Below, one piece after another: positions 9,144 through 19,248 of a stretch of 64,000 nt of DNA. The stretch's first letter is position 1, and the number at the start of each line of letters is the position of its first letter. A model generated the notes under the pieces. That model was given only the letters and a program-made list of their open reading frames with translations, did not search any database and was not told the origin of the DNA. Position numbers and translations under genes: made by a program. Source of the stretch: a bacterium (GTDB taxonomy: Bacteria > UBA8248); assembly GCA_965207065.1 (NCBI GenBank), contig OZ242260.1, positions 1,664,001 to 1,728,000 on the forward strand, written 5' to 3'.

Positions 9144-9830
9144 ATGGCGCAACTACCGATTCTGAGTGATGAAGAAGCCGGCCCCGAAGCCACCGTGGTG
9201 TTCGACGCGAGCCGCAAGATGTTCGGCCGCGTGGCGAACGCCATCCGCGTGAGTTCGGCCAGCCCGAAGATGCTTCAGCCGCTGTTCGGCTTTCTGATCT
9301 CGCTGTGCCGGGCCGAGATCACCGACGTGCTGGACGCGAAGACGAAGGCGCTCCTGATCTTGAAAACCTCGATGGAAAACGGGTGTAAGTACTGAACGGC
9401 CCACAACGTCACGTTCGGTCGAGCGTGCGGGTTGTCGGATGAGCAGATTGACGCCGTGAGGGACGACGCGTATCAGGAATCGGATCTGTTCACCGACGCC
9501 GAGAAGGCGGCCATCGCCTGGGCCTATCACCTGACGAAATACACCTTCGCCCAGAACCCCGAAGCGCTTGCGAACATGAAGAAGCACTACGATCACGCCC
9601 AGCTCGTCGAGGCGACCCTGGTGTCGGGCTATTTCAACATGTGGAACCGCTTCACCGACGCGCTCGAGACCGACATCGAAGGTCATGACCAGATGACCCT
9701 GTTCACCAAATCCGCCGTGATCGACAAACAGGACCTGGCCGATTTCATGAACGAGTGCTGGTGGGCGAAAGAGGGCGCATCTGATGAGCAGGAAGAAGCG
9801 CTCCCTGCGACTGCGAAATCAGGGGATTGA
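9144..9830 (+). CDS. AhpD/carboxymuconolactone decarboxylase-like selenoprotein (CxxU; TGA 9393-9395 read as Sec)
   Basis: Track ORFs 9141-9395 and 9432-9830 are in one frame. Readthrough gives NGCKY-U-TAH, matching the AhpD CxxCxxH motif, and a SECIS-like hairpin follows. Confidence 0.88.
9403..9435 (+). promoter_or_regulatory. Putative bacterial SECIS element
   Basis: Lower stem ACAAC/GTTGT, upper stem CACGTTC/GAGCGTG, and a G-first loop GGTC about 22 nt after the TGA. Confidence 0.72.
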
Positions 9831-9874
9831 TTTTTCTGGATTCATAAGAGGGGCGAAGCGGGATATCTCGGGGA

Positions 9875-10600
9875 TCAGACGCCCAGGAAGCGGGATTTGA
9901 TCTCCTCGTTCGCGGCGAGCTCATCGGGCGTTGAGGAGTGAACCACGCGGCCCCGGTTCAGCACGTGGACGTAATCGCACGAGGCGAGTGCGAACTTCAT
10001 GTTCTGCTCGACCAGCAGGATGGCGAGCTTGCTCTCTTTGAGTTTCGAGAGCGTCTCCCCCATCGCGCGGACCAAAAGGGGCGCGAGCCCCTCGGTGGGT
10101 TCATCGAGCAGGAGCATCTTGGGGTTCGTCATCAGCGAGCGGGCGAAGGCCAGCATCTGCTGCTCCCCGCCGCTCAACTGATTGCCCATGTTGCGCAGGC
10201 GCTCCTTCAAGCGCGGGAAGAGGGCTAGCACCCGGTCCAGATCCCAGAGTTCTTCGCCGCCGCTGGCCGCGCCTTCCTTCTCCCCGAGCAGGAGATTTTC
10301 CATCACGGTGAGGGATGGGAATATCCGCCGCCCCTGCGGCACGAGGGCCACGCCCAGGCTCACAATCTCGTGGGGTGGCAAGGCTGTGATGTCGGCGCCG
10401 TCGAACGTGACTTTCCCCGTACGCGGTTTCGTGAATCCGATGATGGAGCGGATGAGCGTGGTCTTGCCCATGCCGTTTCTACCCAGCACGGCCATCACTT
10501 GGCCCTCGGCGATTTCGAGGGAAAGGCCCTGGAGGACGTAGCTGTCTCCGTAATAGGTGTGGATGTCGTCCACCTTCAGCATCGGGCCGTTGTCAGTCAT
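9875..10600 (-). CDS. livF: Branched-chain amino acid-type ABC ATPase
   Basis: GRNGMGKTT, LSGGEQQM, LLLDEP. Confidence 0.92.
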   Translation of the reverse strand: MTDNGPMLKVDDIHTYYGDSYVLQGLSLEIAEGQVMAVLGRNGMGKTTLIRSIIGFTKPRTGKVTFDGADITALPPHEIVSLGVALVPQGRRIFPSLTVMENLLLGEKEGAASGGEELWDLDRVLALFPRLKERLRNMGNQLSGGEQQMLAFARSLMTNPKMLLLDEPTEGLAPLLVRAMGETLSKLKESKLAILLVEQNMKFALASCDYVHVLNRGRVVHSSTPDELAANEEIKSRFLGV

Positions 10601-11369
10601 AGCCTAAGTAGATCTCCTGAACGGTCTGGTTCGCGCGGACTTCCTCTTTGGGGCCGTCGGCGATGACTTCCCCCTCGTGCATGACCATCAGCTTGTCCAC
10701 CAGTTCGAAGGCGACGTCCATGTCGTGTTCGATGATGAGCATCGTTATCTCCGGGTCGAGTTCCTTGAGCAGGGATACGACGTCGGCGGATTCGGCGGGC
10801 GAGAGCCCGGCCGTGGGTTCGTCCAGGAGCAGCACCTTCGGGTTCTCGACCAGGGCGAGGGCGATTTCGATTTGCCTCTGGTAGCCGTGGGAGAGGTCCT
10901 TCACGATGAGGTTTTGCATGTTCCACAGATTCAGTTTCCTCATCATCTCCTCGGCCTTGTCATATATATGCCGGTGGCTCTTGATGGTGCGGATCATCGA
11001 GAACTTGGTTCGCTCCAGGGCCTGCGCCGCCAGCAGGACGTTGTCCAGTACGGACAGGTTGGGGAACAGGTTGGTGATCTGGAAGGTCCTGGCCATGCCG
11101 AGGTGGGTCCGCTGGTGTGTCGGCAGCCGCGTGATGTCCTCTCCGTAGAGATAAACCCTCCCGTGCGTCGGGTCGAGTTCGCCCGCTATCATGTTGAAAA
11201 ACGTGGTTTTCCCCGCGCCGTTCGGGCCGATGATGCCCCGGCGTTCGCCGTTCTCCACGGCGAGGTCGACGTTGTTGACCGCGACGAGGCCGCCGAAGTG
11301 CTTGGCGAGTCCTTCCGCCTTCAGGCACGCGGCGGACCCGTTCGATCCCTGTTGGGCTTCCTGCTCCAA
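10593..11369 (-). CDS. livG: Branched-chain amino acid-type ABC ATPase
   Basis: GPNGAGKTT, ARTFQ, LLLDEPTAG, IEHDM. Confidence 0.92.
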   Translation of the reverse strand: MEQEAQQGSNGSAACLKAEGLAKHFGGLVAVNNVDLAVENGERRGIIGPNGAGKTTFFNMIAGELDPTHGRVYLYGEDITRLPTHQRTHLGMARTFQITNLFPNLSVLDNVLLAAQALERTKFSMIRTIKSHRHIYDKAEEMMRKLNLWNMQNLIVKDLSHGYQRQIEIALALVENPKVLLLDEPTAGLSPAESADVVSLLKELDPEITMLIIEHDMDVAFELVDKLMVMHEGEVIADGPKEEVRANQTVQEIYLGYD

Positions 11370-11488
11370 GGCCGACCTCCTTAGCGTCGTTCAGTTTGCC
11401 TCGGTGGGGCTGAGTGGACCACCGCGCGCGGGTGCGGGAAAATTCCCCTCCGCGCGCGATGGTCCTTGTTCAGGCGCTTAACCGGCCC

Positions 11489-12745
11489 CTACTTCGCGCA
11501 ATTCTTGCACGGGGGATAATCCCTGGTGTAGGGCGGCTTCTTCATGAACTCATCCGGCTTGTAATTCCAGAACTGGCTCACGTTCGGGATGACCGCCAGG
11601 ACCTTGTTTATCTTCTTGCCGGTCTCATCCTTCATGACCATGCGGACGTACACGTTCATCTTGAACGTCCCGTGGCCGTCTGACGCTCTCGGCCCAGCCG
11701 GCATGCCGGATGCGACTTTCAGGTTCTTGAGCGCGGCGAAGAACTTGTCCTTGTCCTCCACGTTGCCGTTCACGGCTTCTACCGCCTTGTAGATAGACAC
11801 CAATCCGCCGTAATACCCCTCGGCGTAGTAGCCGGGGTCTTTCTTGGCGTGCTTCCTGAACGCCTTGACGAAGTCCTGGTTGTCCTTCGTCTGGATGTCG
11901 GCGCTGTAGATCAGGGCCGAAATCCAGCCGAGCACTTCATCCCCCTGTGCGTCGATGACGAATTCGTCCGTGTTCGTCCCGTTGCCCAGGATCACGTACT
12001 TGTTCGCCAGGCCGGCTTCCTTGAGCTGTTTCGGAAGCCGCAGACCCTGCGCCGCCGCCAGGGTCAGGAAGAGGGCGTCGGCGTCCTTCCTGAGCTTGCC
12101 GATGTAGGGGCCGTAGTCCACCGTGTTGATGGGCATGTACATCTTCTGGATCACCTTGCCGCCCATGTCCTCGAACACCTGCTGGAAGCCGCCCGTCGAC
12201 TCGTAGCCGAACGCGTAGTCGGGGCCGATGGTGATCACCTTCTTGATGTTCGGCATCGCCGTCCGCACCCAGTGGGCGAACGCGTGCATGGGCTGGCTGC
12301 AGGAGAAATACGTGATCGCGTATTTCTTGCGCTTCCGCTTGGAGATGTCGTCGGGGCACGACCAGATCAGAATCGGGGTCTTGTAGCGGTCGGCCAGCGG
12401 CGCAATCGCATAGCCGGTCGAACCGAAGAGACCGCCCATCGCGATGTGGACCTTGTCCCGCGTGAGCATCTTGCGCACCCGGGTCACGGCCAGGGCCACC
12501 TTGCTCTCGTTGTCCTCGATGAAGAATTTCACATCGCGGCCGGCCACCTTGTCCCCGAACTTCTCGCGGAACACCTTGAGAGCGTTCATCTGGTCCGAGC
12601 CGTGCTTGGCGAGAACCCCCTTCTTGGAGGTGAGCAGCCCGATTTTGATGGGCCCTTTCGCCGCGAGCGCAGGTCCTGTGGCGAGGAGCGCGGCGAGTGT
12701 AAAAGCGAGGGGAACGACGAGAAAAACGGTGAGTTTCCGAATCAT
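11489..12745 (-). CDS. Liv-type (HAAT) ABC substrate-binding protein
   Basis: Signal peptide, PIKIGLL and DYAFGYE; operon context. Confidence 0.9.
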   Translation of the reverse strand: MIRKLTVFLVVPLAFTLAALLATGPALAAKGPIKIGLLTSKKGVLAKHGSDQMNALKVFREKFGDKVAGRDVKFFIEDNESKVALAVTRVRKMLTRDKVHIAMGGLFGSTGYAIAPLADRYKTPILIWSCPDDISKRKRKKYAITYFSCSQPMHAFAHWVRTAMPNIKKVITIGPDYAFGYESTGGFQQVFEDMGGKVIQKMYMPINTVDYGPYIGKLRKDADALFLTLAAAQGLRLPKQLKEAGLANKYVILGNGTNTDEFVIDAQGDEVLGWISALIYSADIQTKDNQDFVKAFRKHAKKDPGYYAEGYYGGLVSIYKAVEAVNGNVEDKDKFFAALKNLKVASGMPAGPRASDGHGTFKMNVYVRMVMKDETGKKINKVLAVIPNVSQFWNYKPDEFMKKPPYTRDYPPCKNCAK

Positions 12746-12788
12746 GGAAATTCCTCCTCTGATAGACGACGACCCTGAAGTGGGCCGA

Positions 12789-13742
12789 TCATTCGTTGTT
12801 CGCTTTTTGAGCCTTCGTTCTCAGTTGCTTGATGAAGCCCATGATGCCCTCGGGCGCGAAAAGAACCACCACGATGTAGATGCAGCCTACGACTGTCAGC
12901 GAGCGTTCGGTGAACATGTTCACGGAGTTGTCGAGAATGACGAATATGGTGGAGCCCAGGAGGGGCCCGGCCAGCGTTCCTGGCCCGCCCAGCGAGACCA
13001 TCAGCAGGGCGTTGAACGAGGTCACCAGTTCGACGTCGGTCGGAGCGACGTAGCTGTTGTAGAACACCCAGAGAAAACCGGCCAGGCCGCTGAATATGCC
13101 CGAGATCATGTAGATGATGAACTTGTGGAACCATACGTTGTAGCCCAGGGCCCGCATGCGCGATTCGCTCTCGCGGATCCCCACCATCGTCTTCCCGAAA
13201 CACGAGTGTACGAGAACGGAGAAGAACAGGAACACCCCCGCGGCCACGATGAGGGTGAAATAGTAGTAGGTGATCGTATCTTCCATGAATAAGGGGCGCT
13301 CGATGCCCGCGATGCCGTTTTCGCCGCCGGTCATCGAGTCCCACCGATAGGCGAGTCCCCAGATGATCATGGCCAGGGCGAACGTGATCATCAGGAAGTA
13401 CACGTCCGACGCCCGCAGCGCGACGAGCGCGCAGATGGCCGTTACCACCGCCGCGGCGATGATCGCGACGACGAACGCCTCGCCGAACGAAGCGCCGTAG
13501 GTCGACGACATGATGGCCGCCGCATAGGCGCCCGTGCCGAAATAGGCCGCGTGACCCAGTGAGGCCATACCGGTGTAGCCGAGCATCAAGTCGAGGCTCA
13601 GGGCGAGAATCCCCCATATCAGGCACTGGTTCAGGACGAGCACGGAGAACTCGTCCACGAACAGCGGCGATACGCATGCCAAAGCCAGAACGCAGGCAAT
13701 CGCGATCATCCTGCTCCGGCTGGTCAGGAGTTCGCCTATCAC
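12789..13742 (-). CDS. livM: Liv-type ABC permease
   Basis: GYTGMASLGHAAYFG, TGGENG. Confidence 0.92.
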   Translation of the reverse strand: MIGELLTSRSRMIAIACVLALACVSPLFVDEFSVLVLNQCLIWGILALSLDLMLGYTGMASLGHAAYFGTGAYAAAIMSSTYGASFGEAFVVAIIAAAVVTAICALVALRASDVYFLMITFALAMIIWGLAYRWDSMTGGENGIAGIERPLFMEDTITYYYFTLIVAAGVFLFFSVLVHSCFGKTMVGIRESESRMRALGYNVWFHKFIIYMISGIFSGLAGFLWVFYNSYVAPTDVELVTSFNALLMVSLGGPGTLAGPLLGSTIFVILDNSVNMFTERSLTVVGCIYIVVVLFAPEGIMGFIKQLRTKAQKANNE

Positions 13743-14596
13743 ATCACTCTCCCGAACAGTCCGGATGGACGTATGGCGAGAATGACGGCCATCGGCAGGA
13801 ACAGGGTGAAATACGCGAATTCGGGAAAGAAGGTTTTGCCCAGATTGTCGATGATGCCGACGAGCAGGCTGGCGACGACCGCGCCTTTGAGGCTGCCCAT
13901 CCCGCCCACGATGATGGCGACGAAGGCGAAGGGGAGGATCTCGAAATCAAGCCCCGCCTGGATGCCGAGCCAGGGCGCCGCCAGAACGCCGCTCATGCCG
14001 GCCAGGAACGAACCGAGTCCGAAGACGAGGCTGAACACGACGGGCACGTTCACGCCCATCCCGCCCGCCATCTCCACGTCGTCGACGGCGGCTCTCACCG
14101 AGGAGCCGACTTTGGTCCTGCTCTCGAAGAACCACAGCGCCGTCGCCGTTACCGCGGCGAATACGATGAGGAACAACCTGTACATGGGGAAGGAGAATCC
14201 CCCGATCCGTCCCGTGCTGGCCAGGAACTTCGGCGCATCCATGCTGACCGGATCAGGCCCCCAGATGACGAGAATCGCGTCCTGCAAAACGAGAACGAAG
14301 CCCATGGTGATCAGCACCTGGCCCAGGTCGTTCCCCTGAAGGCGGCGCAAGAAGACGCGCTCGATCACGATGCCCATGATGGCGATCGCGATTCCGCCGA
14401 TCAGGATGGCGAGGAAAAAATTTCCCGTCATCTTGAGGGTCGTGAGTCCGAAGTACGCGCCCACGAGGAAGTAGGTCCCGTGCGTGACGTTAATGACCTT
14501 CATGACGCCGAATATCAGGGAGAGGCCCATCGCCAGCAGGAAGACGATAGCGCCGTAGGAGATGCCGTTGAATATCTGGGTGAGCCAGAAAGTCAT
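13739..14596 (-). CDS. livH: Liv-type ABC permease
   Basis: GLSLIFGVMKVINVTHG, GGMGSLKGA; GGAGG RBS before MTFW. Confidence 0.92.
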   Translation of the reverse strand: MTFWLTQIFNGISYGAIVFLLAMGLSLIFGVMKVINVTHGTYFLVGAYFGLTTLKMTGNFFLAILIGGIAIAIMGIVIERVFLRRLQGNDLGQVLITMGFVLVLQDAILVIWGPDPVSMDAPKFLASTGRIGGFSFPMYRLFLIVFAAVTATALWFFESRTKVGSSVRAAVDDVEMAGGMGVNVPVVFSLVFGLGSFLAGMSGVLAAPWLGIQAGLDFEILPFAFVAIIVGGMGSLKGAVVASLLVGIIDNLGKTFFPEFAYFTLFLPMAVILAIRPSGLFGRVM

Positions 14597-14898
14597 TTGC
14601 ACGCCTCCTGCGTGTATGACCCGGCGCGATAATGGGAAGGTCTGCAACAGCAATCGTGCGTGTTGCACCCCTCCTTCCCGGTGAGGGGTATGGGATATGG
14701 TATGAAATGTATGCTCCGTACTATAGCATGGACGTGATAAAGTGAAAAGGTATCGTCTTTAACACTATTTTGCGAAAAATCAGGAATCGCTCGCCGGCCC
14801 GTGCGCATCGGGACGCGGGTCTTCTGATGAAGGTGATTTTTTGACGGGAGATTTTTCCGTACCCGGGATACAGGGTCGTCTCCCAGGAGGGACATACC

Positions 14899-16326
14899 AT
14901 GAGCGCAGATGATATTTGCCGGCTCGGGCTATATGAGCTTTCAGAACGTATCGGGGAAGGGGAGCTTTCTCCCGTAGATGCGGTCGAGGCGTTTTTGAGG
15001 CGCATCGATTCCATCAACCCCCGCATTTTGGGCTTTCTGGAGGTGACGGCCGACGCCGCGCTGGCAGAGGCGAAGCGCGCGCAGGAAGAAATCGCCGCAG
15101 GCCGCAGGCTGGGTCCCTTGCACGGGGTTCCCTACGGGGTCAAGGACATCATCGACACGGCGGGCGTGCGGACGACGCGCGGGTCGAGCTTCTTCCGCGA
15201 CAATGTGCCCGAGCGGGACGCGGAATGCGTCGCCCGTCTCAAGCGCGCCGGCGCGATTCTGCTCGGGAAATGCCATACCCAGGAGTTCGCCTCCGGGCCG
15301 CTCAGCCAAAACGCGCACTTCGGCACCGCGCACAACCCGTGGGACACCGACCGCATGACGGGCGGCTCGAGCACGGGGTCGGGCGCATCGGTCGCCGCCG
15401 GCCTATGCCCCGTCGCCATCGGTACGGACACGGGCAGCTCCATCCGCGGGCCTGCGGCGTTGTGCGGTCTCGTGGGACTCAAGCCCACCCACGGACGGGT
15501 CAGCCTGCGCGGCGTGTGCCCCAACTGTCTGAGCTACGACCACGTGGGACCGATAGCCCGCTCGGCAAAAGACGCCGCTCTCTTTCTGCAGGGGATGGCG
15601 GGCTACGACGCGCAAGACCCCTACAGCCGCGACATGCCGGTTCCCGACTTCTCCGCCCGGCTCGATGCGGGCGCGGTGGGTCTGCGGGTGGGCCTGTGCC
15701 CCGGCCTTTCGGGCGGCTTCGAGGCGGACGCGGAGGTGGTGGGGGCTTTCGAGCGCGCCGTCGGCGTGTTTCGTGAGTCGGGAGCGCGGGTCGAGACGCT
15801 GCCCTTCGACGATGCGGAGCGCCTGATGGCTGTGAACCGCGTCATCATCCAGTGCGAGTTCGCCGAGTTCCACAGGCCGCTCTATGAGCAGAACCCCGAC
15901 GGCTACGGTCCCTCCACGCGCGAGCGGGTGGAGGCGAGCCTCGCGGGGGCCGATCTGGACGAGTACATCCGCGCCGGGCGCGAGCGGGAGGTACTGCGGC
16001 GCAAGGTGCTCGATCTGTTCGAGGAGGTGGACGTCATCTTGACGCTCGCCCTGCCGTGCATTGCCCCGCGACTCGACGACTTGAAGGCCCATATCAATGG
16101 CGAGGAGGTGGATTACTCCCTGGGCCTGACCATGCCGTACCTCACCCACCAGAACCTGACGGGGTTCCCGGCGGCGGTGGTTCCCACCGGGTTTTCGGAA
16201 AAAGAGGGAATGCCCATGTCGCTTCAGGTGATTGGGCGGCCCTGGGAGGAGGCGGAGGTGCTGCGCGCGGTGAACGCCTATGAGGCGGCGACGCCCGAGC
16301 TGCGGAATCGGCGTCCCGCGCTGTGA
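14899..16326 (+). CDS. Amidase signature family enzyme
   Basis: GVPYGVKD, GGSSTGS and GTDTGSSIRGPA (Ser-Ser-Lys triad). Confidence 0.93.
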   Translation: MSADDICRLGLYELSERIGEGELSPVDAVEAFLRRIDSINPRILGFLEVTADAALAEAKRAQEEIAAGRRLGPLHGVPYGVKDIIDTAGVRTTRGSSFFRDNVPERDAECVARLKRAGAILLGKCHTQEFASGPLSQNAHFGTAHNPWDTDRMTGGSSTGSGASVAAGLCPVAIGTDTGSSIRGPAALCGLVGLKPTHGRVSLRGVCPNCLSYDHVGPIARSAKDAALFLQGMAGYDAQDPYSRDMPVPDFSARLDAGAVGLRVGLCPGLSGGFEADAEVVGAFERAVGVFRESGARVETLPFDDAERLMAVNRVIIQCEFAEFHRPLYEQNPDGYGPSTRERVEASLAGADLDEYIRAGREREVLRRKVLDLFEEVDVILTLALPCIAPRLDDLKAHINGEEVDYSLGLTMPYLTHQNLTGFPAAVVPTGFSEKEGMPMSLQVIGRPWEEAEVLRAVNAYEAATPELRNRRPAL

Positions 16327-16403
16327 GGGGATGTTGAAAAAGCCCCATTGACGGGAAACCCCTATAGGATTAACCCGTCCTGGCCGCTTTGCAGGGGATA
16401 AAG

Positions 16404-16462
16404 GCACCCCCCCTACCCCCCCTTGTCAGGGGTCAATTCCGACTGATGAAGGAGGAATTGCA
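16404..16462. repeat. Single end of a dispersed inverted-repeat element (full copy at 54672-54817)
   Basis: GCACCCCCCCTACCCCCCCTTGTCAGGGGTCAATTCCGAC...GGAGGAATTGCA is shared with 54672-54731. Confidence 0.85.
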
Positions 16463-16499
16463 TTCTCTCCCGGCGCCATTGACGCAAAGGGGACGACGC

Positions 16500-17498
16500 A
16501 TGCGAATGAAAGCAGCCGTTTATCACGGACCGCGGGACATCCGCGTGGAGCAGGTGGAGCGGCCGGGCCCCGGCGAGCATGACGTATTGGTGCGGGTGAG
16601 GGCGTGCGGTATTTGCGGCTCCGACTTGCACATGTACCGCCTCGGCATGTTCGAGGTGCTGGGGCGCCGGATTGATGAGCACCGGCGGATTATGGGTCAT
16701 GAGTTGAGCGGTGAAATCGTCGAGGTGGGAGAGAAAGTGAGCGGCTTTTCCGTAGGGGACCGCATCACCGGGCTGGGCCACGGCGGCTTTGCGGAGTACG
16801 TGCCGGTCCGTGTTACCGAGCGCAGCCCGCACATCCTGCCGGAGTCCGTCACTTTCGAGGAAGGCGCGACGCTCGAACCGCTGGCCACCTCCCTGCACGG
16901 CGTGTCCCTGGGAAAGCCGGCGGCCGGTGAGACGGTGGTCGTACTGGGCGCCGGCATTATCGGCTTGGGCTGTATCCAGGCCATCCGGGCGAGCGTCGAT
17001 TGCCGCATCATCGCCGTCGACGCTTCCGAGCGCCGCCTGAACATGGCTAAAAATCTCGGCGCCGACGCCGCCGTCAACCTGACCGAAACCGACCCGGTGG
17101 AAGCCGTGATTGATCTCACCGGCGGCGCCAGGCCGGTGGAGCGTTTCGGCGTTCGCGGCGGCAACACCGACCTGGTGATCGACTGCGCCGGCGCGCCGTC
17201 TTCGCCTGACCAGGGCCTGCTCATGCTGAAGCAGCAGTTCGGCCGCTTGGTGCTGGTCGCCCTGTTCGAGCGTCCCGTTGATATGGATTTCAACCAGGTG
17301 GTGCGCAAACACGTCGCCGTCTATGGGTCCTGGACCTGGACCGGGGACGACTACCGCCGCGCCATCGCGCTAGTTGAAAGCGGTAAGGTTCAGCGCGGGC
17401 CCTTGATTTCCCATGTCCTCGACCTCGAGGATGCTCCCGAGGCGTTCGCCGTTCAGGACCGGCCCGACGCCGCCATCAAGGTGATGCTGAAGCCCTGA
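16500..17498 (+). CDS. Zinc-dependent alcohol dehydrogenase (MDR family)
   Basis: CGICGSDLH, GHE and GAGIIG; lacks the four-Cys structural zinc loop. Confidence 0.9.
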   Translation: MRMKAAVYHGPRDIRVEQVERPGPGEHDVLVRVRACGICGSDLHMYRLGMFEVLGRRIDEHRRIMGHELSGEIVEVGEKVSGFSVGDRITGLGHGGFAEYVPVRVTERSPHILPESVTFEEGATLEPLATSLHGVSLGKPAAGETVVVLGAGIIGLGCIQAIRASVDCRIIAVDASERRLNMAKNLGADAAVNLTETDPVEAVIDLTGGARPVERFGVRGGNTDLVIDCAGAPSSPDQGLLMLKQQFGRLVLVALFERPVDMDFNQVVRKHVAVYGSWTWTGDDYRRAIALVESGKVQRGPLISHVLDLEDAPEAFAVQDRPDAAIKVMLKP

Positions 17499-17558
17499 TA
17501 TCTGTGGATTTTCGTTCCGCTACCGTGGTCGGCGTCCCGTGGCGCAAGTGTCGTCAGC

Positions 17559-18149
17559 CTACTTGTCGTCTTTGTTGAAGCCCAGCAGTTCGTCAACCAA
17601 CTCCTTGCGTTTATAGAGCAGCATCGCGGTGATAAGGACGGTGAGGACCATCAGGGGAACGTCGCCCTTGCCGACGAAAATGGCGACGCCCGGCATCAGC
17701 AGGATGGCGATGAGTTCCGCGTGATCGCGCCTGCCGGTCAGGGCGGAGATGAGCAGGGCGACGGTGGCGCAGATCACCAGGGTGAGAGGCGACACGCCGA
17801 GCAGCGCGCCCGAGGTGCTCGCCGTTCCGCGTCCGCCGCGAAACCCGTGAAAAACCGGCAGTATCTCGCCGAGCACCACGCAGACGCAGGCCAGTGCGGC
17901 GATCCACGGAGAGTCGCTCATGAACCAGGCGAAACCCAGCGCCAGTTGCGCTTTCAGGAGATCGGCGATAAAGACGAGCGCGCCCACGCGATCCCCCAGA
18001 ACCATCCAGGCGTTCGCGTAATCGAGTTGTCCGCTCCCGTACATTCGCAAGTCGATGCCACGCGCCTTGGCGGCGAACCAGGCGGCGGAGACCGAACCGA
18101 TGTCGTAGGTGATGCATCCCACGATGATGACGGGAGCAAGAAATTCCAA
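17559..18149 (-). CDS. PlsY-like glycerol-3-phosphate acyltransferase homologue with divergent motifs
   Basis: GIDLRMYGSG, DLLKA, PVFHGFRGGRG. TTG start after GGAGG. Confidence 0.75.
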   Translation of the reverse strand: MEFLAPVIIVGCITYDIGSVSAAWFAAKARGIDLRMYGSGQLDYANAWMVLGDRVGALVFIADLLKAQLALGFAWFMSDSPWIAALACVCVVLGEILPVFHGFRGGRGTASTSGALLGVSPLTLVICATVALLISALTGRRDHAELIAILLMPGVAIFVGKGDVPLMVLTVLITAMLLYKRKELVDELLGFNKDDK

Positions 18150-18309
18150 GAGAACCTCCGGGCATGAAAAATCACGGCCCCCCATATTGCAGTATTCTTC
18201 CGCGCATGAAAAGCGGCGCGCGCGAAGGCGGAGCTTGGTGCAAGGAGGGCGCATATTCCAGAATTTCATCGCGCAAAGGAGGGATGGAAGTTATTGGCAA
18301 GCGGATCGA

Positions 18310-19113
18310 TTATTTATTCAGAATCTCTTTCTTGCGGCGCTGGAGGTAGACGCTGCGAATCAGGGTGTAGTAGTCCAGGGCGAGGGGGTCTTTCTTGAGC
18401 AGTTCGATGGGTTCGATTAAGCGCTCGCGGAGGTCGACGCCCTCCAGGAGCCTTACTCCAAAAAGAAAATCCGCCAGGTCGACCCTGTGTCCGAAGAGAA
18501 TTTTCTCCGAGTCGTCACCGGTGGCGCCCAGATAATTGAGCGGGTTGAGGAAGGCGTCCCCCACCTTGCCGAAACCGTCCCGGACCGTCGATGGCCCTAT
18601 AACGGGCAGCACGAGATATACCCCTTCTTCCACGCCCCAAACGCCTAAGGTCTGGCCGAAATCCTCGTCGTGAAACGGCACTCCCAAGCCGGTCGCCACG
18701 TCGAACAATCCTCCCACTCCCAGGGTGGTGTTGATCAGGAACCGGCTCAGGGTCATACCGGCGCGCTCGCCCTCCCCCTGGAGGACGTCGTTCGCCAGAA
18801 TGAAGGGGGCGTTCAGGTTGCGCATGAAATTGCGGAACGTATCGCGGATGGGTTTTGGGAATAAGGCCCGGTATATCTTTGCGAGCGGGAGGAAAATGAC
18901 GGCGTCCAGGCCCTCGTTGAAATCGAAGACCGCGCGGTTGAAGTCCTCGAACGGGTCTATGGATTCAGTGGCTTGTTCCCCATTGTCGATGTCATGATCC
19001 GAACCGAAGGCGATGGAGGCCGGAGCGCTCAGAAGTGCGAGGCTCAAGACGAGCGCGAGCAGTCTGCGTACCTGCGGATATCTCTTTCTGTTTCCTCTCG
19101 TCGGGCGAGACAA
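18310..19113 (-). CDS. mlaA: MlaA/VacJ phospholipid asymmetry protein
   Basis: DPFEDFNR, RFLINTTLGVGGLFDVA, EDFGQTLG, LPVIGPSTVRD. Confidence 0.93.
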   Translation of the reverse strand: MSRPTRGNRKRYPQVRRLLALVLSLALLSAPASIAFGSDHDIDNGEQATESIDPFEDFNRAVFDFNEGLDAVIFLPLAKIYRALFPKPIRDTFRNFMRNLNAPFILANDVLQGEGERAGMTLSRFLINTTLGVGGLFDVATGLGVPFHDEDFGQTLGVWGVEEGVYLVLPVIGPSTVRDGFGKVGDAFLNPLNYLGATGDDSEKILFGHRVDLADFLFGVRLLEGVDLRERLIEPIELLKKDPLALDYYTLIRSVYLQRRKKEILNK

Positions 19114-19248
19114 TGGAATTCACTCCGTTTTCAAGTCGTTATCGCTGACTCGAAAATAGCTGATGCGAGAATATCCACTCAACCGGGCGGATGACATCAT
19201 AGCTTGATGATTGAAGAGAGACCAGAAAATTTTCTGCGATTGCGGCCT

